Below the pieces are notes generated by a model. That model worked only from the letters and a program-made list of their open reading frames with translations, did no database searches and was not told where the DNA came from. Shown here in pieces: positions 53,916 to 64,000 of a stretch of DNA of 64,000 nt. A program made the translations under genes and the position numbers. Numbering within the stretch: the stretch's first letter is position 1; every line of letters starts with the position of its first letter. Origin of the DNA: Octopus vulgaris (Eukaryota); NCBI GenBank assembly GCA_951406725.2, contig OX597817.1, positions 21,080,001 through 21,144,000 on the forward strand. Direction: 5' to 3'.

Positions 53916-55731
53916 AAGCTCCAAGAAAAAAGCACTTTTTTCGGATAAAACCAAGAACTTATACCTGGTAGATAACAGCAAATACACACAACTCTTACAC
54001 AACAGCATCATTAATAATTATACTAAGGCTAGGGCACAGACATATAACGAAATTAATAAAGAAGCTAGCGTCATCGCCGCTAAACTTAAATTAGATAAAA
54101 AAATAGAAACCCTCCCCAAAAAGAGGCCTTTATTACTATTAAAGACCACAAAGAAAACTTCCTTTCCAATCCTAAATGTAGGCTTATCAACCCAGCCAAG
54201 TCAGAACTAGGGATTATTAGCAAAGAAATTTTAGATAAAATAAATACGAAAATTAAGACCGATACTAGGCTAGTGCAATGGTCCAATAGTATAGAAGTCG
54301 TAGACTGGTTTAAAGCTATTAAGAATAAGAAAAAAGCGAGGTTTACACAATTCGATATTGTTGATTTTTATGCCTCTATCTCTAAAGAACTGCTAGATAA
54401 AGCCCTAATCTTCGCTAGTGACTTCATAGAAATTAGTACCAATGATAAGGATATAATCTTCCATGCTAGAAAGACATTACTTTTCAGTGAGAATGCAAAG
54501 TGGGTAAAAAACACCGACACGGAGGGCGCTTTCGATGTGAGCATGGGTTCATATGATGGGGCAGGCATCTGTGATCTAATTGGACTCTTTCTCCTAGATA
54601 CCTTCAGTAAGACATTCCCTAACGTACATTTCGCCATCTACAAAGATGATGCCCTCGCCTTAACAGCTAATACAAATGGACCAGCACAAGATCGTTTTAG
54701 GAAGGATATTATCCAGTTAATGAAACACTTCGGACTTAGTATAACTATAGACACTAACCTGACGGTTGTCAATTTCTTAGACGTTTCCTTAGATCTTAAT
54801 AATAATATTTATAAGCCTTATAGGAAGCCCAATGATAGACTAAGTTATATTAATGTAGGTTCATGCCATCCCCCTATAGTATTCAAAAATTTAGTTAAAA
54901 ATATTAGTAAGAGGATTTCTAGCCTCTCATCTAATGAGGACATCTTCAATAGCGTTGCCCCAGTTTATAATAAAGCTTTAAAAGATAGTGGTTTTAGCGA
55001 AAAAATAAAATATACACCTATCACCAGCCCAACAATAAAGAAAAGGAATAATAGAAATAGGAAGGTCATCTGGTTTTACGCCCCCTTACTCACCCGAGGT
55101 GGCCTTCAATATAGGTAAATATTTCCTAGCACTGATAGATAGACATTTTCCAGTTAACCATGCTTATAGGAAACTCTTCAATAGACACAATTTAAAAATT
55201 AGTTTTAGTTCAACTACCAATTTTAAAAACATAATCAATCATAACATACAAAAAACACAAGAAGAAAACAGCTGTTCATGCAGGAATAAAGAATTGTGCC
55301 CGCTAAATGGAGCTTGCATGTCCAAGACCATCATATATGAGGCTACCGTAAACTCTATAACCACTAAAGACACCGTTTTGACGAAGAAATACGTGGGCCT
55401 GACAGAGGGTAATTTCAAGGCCAGGTTCAATAACCACACTTTGAGCTTTAGGCACTGGAACAAAAGAAAAGCGACACAATTATCCAATCATATTTGGTCT
55501 TTAAGAGATAAAGGTGTCGATTATAACATACAATGGAAGATTTTGGCCAGATGTAAGCCCTATACTAACGGCAGCGGAAGGTGCGGTTTATGCGACATGG
55601 AGAGATGGCTTATCTGGAAAAGCAGCTTAGACCCTACCACATGTCTAAATACAAGGACAGAACTTTTCGGATCATGCCCACATGTGACTAAATTTCTGTT
55701 ACGTTTTTGGTCCCCTAAAGAAAACGGATAG
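53916..55731 (+). CDS. PLE RT + GIY-YIG, longer copy with frameshifts (~54120 and ~55075)
   Basis: Adds DKTKNLY, TIKDHKENF and RLINPAKSELG upstream; an extra T at ~55075 splits ORFs 54273-55118 and 55099-55731. Confidence 0.9.
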
Positions 55732-55926
55732 AACATGCTTTCTGTGTTATGTCCCAAGAAGATTTTATATATTTTTATATATTTTTATATATTTTTTATG
55801 TATTTTTATATAATTTTTATGACGAAAAATGCGAGCGATGTATAAGTACGCAGGCAAAGCAGAGTTATAACAGAGTAATTTCCCTTCATTTTTAACGGTA
55901 TTTTTTCATAACGTTTTCAAATAGCC

Positions 55927-55989
55927 AGATAACCGAAGAGATGGTGTTGTGGATTTCCACTTCGGCATCTGAAACTCAGAGTTTTATCT
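55927..55989 (+). ncRNA. Variant type I hammerhead ribozyme (PLE pLTR)
   Basis: AGAUAA-CCGAAGA-GAUG...CAUCU-GAA-ACUCAGAGU-U-UUAUCU; U4C core variant; GUU triplet; offset at the base of stem II. Confidence 0.6.
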
Positions 55990-57189
55990 TGACTACCGAG
56001 TAATGTAACATATTGTATAGATAAATTTCCTCTATTTACATAATATTGAGGTCTCTTTCTTTCTTTTGTTATCTTACCGTTTTATCAATATATATATATA
56101 TATATATATATTTATTATATTATATATATATTATATTGTATTACATATGTCACACACACTCACAATATTTCCCTTTGTTTCTGCATTGTGACTGTAAATT
56201 GTAAATGCGAAGTCCAGACAGGTCGGCTCTAGAATTAGATTAACATACCGATGAAATATTCCTTCTTTTATTATATATCATCCACAATTCGCAATTAATA
56301 AACTGAAAGCACATCTTCGAAACCGACGGAGACTCTACCACCACTGTGTAGTATATGAGTATAAGCGCCGTGTCAAAGACACAGGTCTATTTGATGTAAC
56401 AAAAATATATATTGAGCCATTGCTCATGTATTTAGTACAATGTCAGGGTCGGTGCTGTTCCAGCCATATGATTAGATAAAATCCATGTTGCGCTATCGAT
56501 TGCTCTACCGTACATATTCGTATCAAGATACTAATATCAGAATTCATTATGTTTTCATAGTATTGATTTCTATCATCGGTACTAGGCTACGAATTCATTG
56601 AGCATAGCAGTAGTCAATTTAATCTACTCCAGTATTTGACTGGTAATTATTTTATCGATCTCAGATATATAAAAGGCGCGCCAGAATAATAGCATAAGGC
56701 ATTCATTCTGGCGCTCCACTCTTTCTTCCACCCTGTTAACCTTTATATGTTATTAATATTACTTTGTAAGTGAGCAGCTGGGGTCATCGTTTCTTTCTTT
56801 GAGAGGTCGTTCCGTGAGAAGGAAATAATTCTATCGCAGCCATGTTTGTGCGGTATCCTTAATTCAGCAGTTGTTCACACTAGAGGTTATATGAACAGTC
56901 TATACTTCAAGATTTTACTTTAGCATTTTAGTTAGAAATCCGAACTCAATGTTTCTAAGCCAACCAAATGCAGAGAAAGACTGCAGTGGTTATATGCTTG
57001 ATATTCTGCTTCAAGCTTAACGTCTAGTCGCAGAGAAATACTTGGGGTCTTTTAGAGCGAAAATATCTTAAATTATTAATGTTGCTACATTTAATCAAAT
57101 AAAGACAATATCTCTTCCCACGCACAAAAGCACACACAGACACATACACAGACACATCTACACGCACAGACATACAAAAGAAATCGGTT

Positions 57190-57508
<319 letters not shown>

Positions 57509-58661
57509 ATTGGTAGTCAAAATGGTAACATTTCGACTTCAAAAATTTAAATCGTTAACAAATTATTAAGCAAACAAATTATTGCTTACTTTTTTTTTCT
57601 GTGTTTCCATGGATTCCCCTAGAGAGGTAGATATTCACTGATGAAGAAGCCTTGAAATTTGCTAAATAAACAGCATGCAGATAACATCATGAAATCCCGA
57701 ATAGCAAATATGGACATTTTTTTTTGTTTTGTTTTCTTATCGTATTTTACATAGAAATACATTTGTATATTTCTTGTGTGTGCATGTGTATGTAAATTTC
57801 TCTCTATATTTTTGTATGCATTTATATATGCTTTCGAGTACGTACATACGCGTGCAAACACGCACAAATACACATATATAGGCATATATCTCTATGCGCG
57901 TACATGTGTATAATAATATATATGTGGATATATTTGTGTATGAACGTATGTTTATGTGTGATGTCGAGTTCTAAGTCTCTATATATATCACTCTAAGAAT
58001 TAATGCTTCGGTGACCCATCGTGTGCACTCAGAAATATTTCGGTTAGCTAAACTATCTAATTCTAAACTTTGGTAGTTCAGAGATCTGCAAAATTAATTA
58101 CATTATCTAGCATGTCAGCTGATGCAGATCTCGTTGCATGCATGCATTTATACAAAATAATGGGCGACTGCACATGGAAAAGTATATCTCCTAATACATC
58201 GTTTATTATACATTTATAACTGCATTGTATATTTCGTCCCTTTGTATCATTTTCCTCCCTTTGTTTCACTGTTTTGTTTTCTTATTTCTGTTGCCTTGAT
58301 TTCAATACTGCTTCTCTATGGTGAATGAAGTCTATGACTAATGATACAAAAGATAATGAGGGAGATAACTAAGGATGAGAGAGAGAGAGAGTGAGAAACG
58401 CATATGTAAAGAACAGTCTGTGGTAAATGAACACTGGAGTCAAATTGAAAACTGAAGGGAATGAGAGATACACTAGCAATGATAAGAGAGAAATAAGAGA
58501 TGAATAAAAAGTAGTACTATATAATAAGAAAACAGAATGAGAATGCAAGTATATTATTTGAGAGGAAGCAAGCGTGGAATGAAGAACAAAATTGTAGAGA
58601 TAAAGTAAATATTGAAGCATTAGGACTTATGAAGTATCATGCATATAGGATAGCAAGTACG

Positions 58662-58731
<70 letters not shown>

Positions 58732-58803
58732 GTGTGTGTGTGTATGCACATATCTGAATATACACAATTCTCCGCCACTAGCCCTACATATATATACACA
58801 CAC

Positions 58804-58859
<56 letters not shown>

Positions 58860-58913
58860 AATATACATATATATATGTGTATATATAATATGTGCGTGTG
58901 TGTGTGTGCAATA

Positions 58914-58960
<47 letters not shown>

Positions 58961-60109
58961 CATGTAAGGGAGAGATGCTGAAATTGAGAAATAGACGAGG
59001 GGAGCTTAATTGCTAGATACAGTGGTATATTCTTCATTGATAGCAGAACGGATGAGTGAATAATGTTGCAGTAAAATGATAGTATTTGTTCAAGGCAAAT
59101 TTTGGTTGGTCGCTGCAGATGAGTAAACTCTTTTTCTAAGTGAACAACATATGCTATCATATATCATAACATGCTGATATGAAAACAGATAGAAAATTAG
59201 GAACAGATAATCTCTTTATTCTTGTAATCTATATCGAAAATCAGCCTCCCCCACCCCACTATATATATTTCGCTGCAGCTAAAATTGCTTTTTCTGATGC
59301 TATACGCATGTCATTGAACCATTTCTGAGATATTAATTTTGCATCATAAACGTTTTTAAAAGTAATATGTCTAAAATATGAACACCGGCATCTGATCATT
59401 GGTAGTGAATAACATTTTTAACACATTGTTTCGTAGGAATAAAGGCGTTTCTGGTATTATGTCTTCTGCATATCTAAGTTTTATTGCTGTGATACGTCTC
59501 AAACTGTATGATATATTGAAAACTGCATAATATATCAAAACCCTGGTTATCCTGAATGTACTGAAGAAAGTACGGTATTTGAGGTTTAGGGGAGTCTGCA
59601 TTAATACTTCCATCTTGTCCAAAAATTTCGATACTAGGTTCTTGTGTTGGAATTAGCATCAATAATTGCATGAAACAAGCATATATAATGGATAATGTAT
59701 AATTGTAATTTTGTTACAATTATATACACTCCTTTTATGAAAAGAAATTTTGCGTACATGTTCGGGCCACTAATGTATTCGTGAATAATTTTGAATTGTA
59801 TTTTTAGTTTCATTCCTCTTTTATTATTTATTGTTCACTCATATCCAACTTTTTGCCGTGGTTCGTGTAACTGGTCTCCTCTTATAAACGCTGTGCATGA
59901 CGTTTGAATTCAGATTTTAAGTTGTGTAGATATACATTGACACAGTATTCTTGCCGCTCAGGACACATCTTAAGCCCAAAGGTTTGTGTTTTTTTGTGTT
60001 CATTTCTATGCATAGGAATTTTTTCTCCTGGCGTTAAGAATGTACTCGCCATGTTGCTAGCGAAACACCAATTTTTCATGACAGGTTAGGGCCTGAAATC
60101 TTTAAAACG

Positions 60110-61680
60110 GATGCATAGAGAATAAGGCTTGAGCTCTTCTATTCGATTCAAATAGTCAAAGCCTCTCATGCCATATATATTTTTCGTAATTGACATTTGA
60201 GATGCTACATTTTTCATAACACTTTGTTTCGTGTGGGGAGACCACAGTGAAAAATAGTATTCAAGGTGGGGTCGGGCAAAAGTTGAGAAGAAAAGGATAA
60301 TGGTGTGAATATCTCTCGACTGGAAACTTTTGAGAATCCTGGAACACATTCTGCGGACCAGGTCAACTTTGTTGATTATATGAGCAAGGCAGCATATGTT
60401 GGTGTCGACAATTACTCCCAAGTCTCTGATGTTGTTGCATGCCATGAGACTTACACATGAAGGAAGGAAATATGAGAGTTTCAGGGCATCTTCTTTTCCA
60501 AAGTGGATTAACTCAAATTTGTCCTCGTTCAACAGCGTATTATTCTTTTCTACCCATTGGATGACAACTAGTAGATGTTGCTCAGGGCATGGTCGGTAAC
60601 CTTCTTCATTGATGACTTTCTGGATCTTGGAATCAGCTGCAAACATTCTTATGTTACTGTACTTGATGACGTCAGTAATGTCATTGATATAGATGTTGCA
60701 AAAAAGTGGGACCGACATTGTACTTTGAGGAACACCACTATTGACTTTGGCTGAGCTTGATCTTACTCCTTGGACTACAAAGTGTTGCGTTCTGCCTGTT
60801 AGAAAACACTTGATCTATTGTAGGCACCAATGTTGGATAGGTTTTTCAATAGGATCTTATGATTCACTCTGTCAAAGCCCTTGCTGAAATCAAGGTGGAT
60901 GATAACAGTATTCGACTCCTCTCCCAAAACTCTCAACATTTTAGCAAGGTGATGCAAGAACTGCGTTAGGTTGTTCTTTCCATTATGGAACCCATGTTGG
61001 TTTGGGTTCAGCTGTCTGTTGCTTTCAAGAAAGTGGGTTATCCATGACCTCACCAGCTTGATGATGAGCGGTGAGCGAAATCGGCCGGTGGTTCACTACA
61101 AGGGCCTTATTTCACTTTTTGAAAACTGGAACAACATACTAGGACAGAAGGTTTCCAGGAATATAACCAGTATCCAGTGAGTTCCTCCACAGATTAGCAA
61201 TAGGAGATTCAAGTTGCTGTCGATACACCTTCAGGAGACAAGCAGGGGACCTATCAGCGCCTACTGCTAAATTGTGTTTAATTTCGTTTATTGCCGCTCA
61301 CTCAACAGGGGCGCAGGACGTTATGTAGTGTGATGAGGACTAACATCACTGATGTACTTTAGATCAGCCATATAAGGATTGCTAAAAACAGAGCAGTGCT
61401 GTTTCTACAGTATCTCACTCATGGTTTTTGGCATTATCTTGGAGAGTACCATTTTCATCAATTAGAGGGCCAACAAGGGACACAGTGAATTTGTGATTTT
61501 TCGCAAAAGTGAACAGCTGTTCTTTGGTTATTGATGATGATCTTCATGTATTGTTAGGGATTATATCTTTTTGATTCGAGCAGGCTGATGGCCGTCATAT
61601 ATCTGTGTGGCTGTTGGCAGTATTTCAATTTAGCAATTTTTTGTTTGTTCTTTTTATTCCTCTGATATCCGTTTTTCTCT
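60110..61680 (-). mobile_element. Diverged, truncated copy of the LINE at 2819-7455 (RT region)
   Basis: Collinear with ~3270-4905; QHGFH, HLDFSKGFDRV, FAAD (FADD mutated), RPHLEY; frameshifts. Confidence 0.88.
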
Positions 61681-64000
61681 ATAAGTATATATATATATAT
61701 ATATATACACATAAAGACTTACATGCATATATACATAAAAACACACATAAGTATATGTATGTTTTTGTATATGTAGAGTAGTCCTCTGAAAGCCACTCAC
61801 CTCAGTACGTGCGAGAACACAGCTTTTGCTAAATCACGTTCATATAATATTTATTTAATGATGTATATATTATGTGACACACTCAGCAACTTGCACCTGA
61901 TGTTAATATACAGAACAATAGATAGAGCCTGTGCATTCCATCTTGTAATATAAATCTGCTTTGTATACGTGTATATCTCATGGTCGTTCCTCTCGGTTTC
62001 GACGTATGAGTATTTAAAGGAGAGGAATTACATTTTAAGTGAGTGGTAGAAAGAGAACAAAAAGGAAAAAAGCTCCAAGAAACCGCATCTATTTTCGATG
62101 GATGGGTGAATATATTCGGAGCGCTGATATGCATTTTGCTATGAATTTGCATTGGGGATATGGATGATTCTGATTTTACCCGGGATTGGGCAAATGTTCT
62201 AGTACAGAAATAAAATTTATATTAAATTCGACTCCAATTTTAGCATATTGTCACCAGAACAATAAATGTCCTGCTGTTAGTCTGAAACTAGTTTTAAAAT
62301 ATTATCCGTAGCCTCTTAATCTTTAGGGAAAGCCCTATATATATGGTCTCCGGTCCAATAAGAGGATTCCTCTTTGATATTGCAACTGCATATTCCTCAG
62401 ATGTCTCCAATCAAATCTAATCAGCAATTAACTGTATGGCAAAGGTACCCCTGTGAATGTCGAGCGCAGCCCATCTGTCGAACTTATTTACAGTATTCCC
62501 TCTAGCAAATTCTTAACACGATGTTGTGGTAAATGTAACTTTCACGAATTCTCACACAGTAGCGTTGAGAGTAGGATAGCATGGTTGAGGAGGAATTTTT
62601 TATCGTTAAGGTATTTCGTCTTCTATATAAATGTTAGGGATAAATATATACACACTTCTTTACATAAACGTCTATGTGTGAGCGTGTAAGTGAACGTGTG
62701 CATATGAGTTTGTTTGCATCGATATGCATGAATGTACTCGCATTTAATCAATAATTGAATAGGAATTCTAGTATATTTCTGTATAGAATGGTATGCAACA
62801 ATCAATTTTAAAATGGAAAATGTGTATTCAAATAAAAACGTGTAATAAATTTATTGGAAGAATATCGAACAAAATCTGAAAATTTTACAAATCAGCGAGA
62901 AGTATTCATAATAATTATTGCATTATATTCTTTCTGATATCTCATAATTTGTTTGTTATTATTCCTTGTCTGTATGTACGTTGTGGTGCGGAAGTGTGTC
63001 TGTGATTTCTTACCTTTCCGAGATTTGTTAGTAAGTGACATTTTGTTTTTACTATGTTTTTTTTCTCTTTAGTGTTTTATTGGTGTTTTGTTTATCGTTT
63101 TTTTTTTCCTCTCCATTAGAAATATTGCAAAGCACAGTGAAATTTATTGCAATGCAATTTATCTTCTAATTAGTTACAATGCTCAACAAGCTAAATTAAA
63201 ATAACTCTAATGTTCAATAACTGTCGAACATATATTTAATTTCAGTTCATTTTTGAAAGAGAAGAGTGATTAGTTTGACCGGTTCGGTTATATATTATTT
63301 TTATATTTTCGTTTTAGAAATATAGTTCTGATTTTTGTCAATGTTGGAAATATTGATATGTGTGTTTAGACTGGAGTTTATTGTGGTCATTCTTGTGCAG
63401 ATTTTGATTATGACGCTGCTCACAGTGACTGCTATAAACTTTGTTAAAAATACGTTCATTTGTGAATTCGTTGATTGGTCAGAGAGATTTTCCTAAAAGA
63501 AAAAAGTATCAACAGAAGCAGTTTTATTCACAAGTTGTGTGTCTATATAGTTGTCATATATACATGGACAAATATATAAAGAAACAAATACGAACAATTT
63601 CAGAAACGCCAAAACTTCAAAAGATATACATCTATACATACATTCATATGCACACACACAAACAGATGTATATATACTTACATTTATATATCTGTGTGTG
63701 AACGTGTATGTGTTTATGTGTGTGTGTATACACATAAGCCTATGTCTATATATGCGTGCCTTAAGATAAATTGGTTCGTATTACTGGATATGTAATCCTC
63801 TATTTTGAATTGAGTTGGATTGCAGCTGTCTTCTATGTATATTGACAAGAGGTTAGATTATCTAAAGAAATAATTAAATGTTTACCCGGTGAAATATATC
63901 ATCATGAACATTCAAACGATTCTTGAAGGTAAATCACTAAATTTAGTAATACAGACTTGGCATTTAAATCAAAGATTTGAAATATTCTGTCAACTGGTAA

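Larger units (their letters stand above)
52090..56088 (+). mobile_element. Young 5'-truncated Penelope-like element (probably Naiad clade) with 1.8-kb inverted duplication
   Basis: Arms 52090-53915 and 54193-56019; unique 5' spacer 53916-54192; tail 56020-56088; RT + GIY-YIG ORF; (TA)n flanks. Confidence 0.92.

Noticed and set aside
52090-56019. Inverted duplications as sequencing or assembly fold-back artefacts
   Set aside because: Arms in P3 and P5 have substitutions, spacers are unique, and arm ends and tails recur at separate loci; not fully excluded for this near-identical pair without raw reads
57634-57675. CUGAUGA...GAA-AUUU GCU AAAU-A hammerhead-like core
   Set aside because: No stem I pairing and a weak stem II; likely chance
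59371-59671. Short minus-strand ORFs, possible Tc1/mariner remnant or host exon
   Set aside because: No convincing catalytic motif or splice-supported exon

Overview
Very AT-rich, microsatellite-laden eukaryotic non-coding DNA. The tRNA-derived SINE families and (TA)n/(TAA)n load point to a cephalopod, probably Octopus (inference). I could not support any host gene exon. Nearly all recognisable content is transposable elements: a near-intact full-length CR1/L2-group LINE (2819-7455, -) whose ORF1 has a Myb/SANT-like domain and two CCCH fingers; other LINE fossils; three SINE families; two non-autonomous Helitrons; mariner and Chapaev3-like fossils; and a young Penelope-like element (RT + GIY-YIG, probably Naiad clade) forming a 1.8-kb head-to-head inverted duplication (52090-56088). 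The main signal, invisible in the ORF track, is at least 10 foldable type I hammerhead ribozyme (HHR) motifs from 6 sequence-distinct families, plus several decayed ones. Most lie in short non-coding elements flanked by (TA)n. These elements are either outward-facing inverted arms with an extra 3' tail on one arm, or partial tandem repeats of about 500 nt. They look like a Penelope-mobilised, retrozyme-like family set, with four families stacked in one (TA)n hotspot at 48.4-56.1 kb. All coordinates and folds were read by eye.
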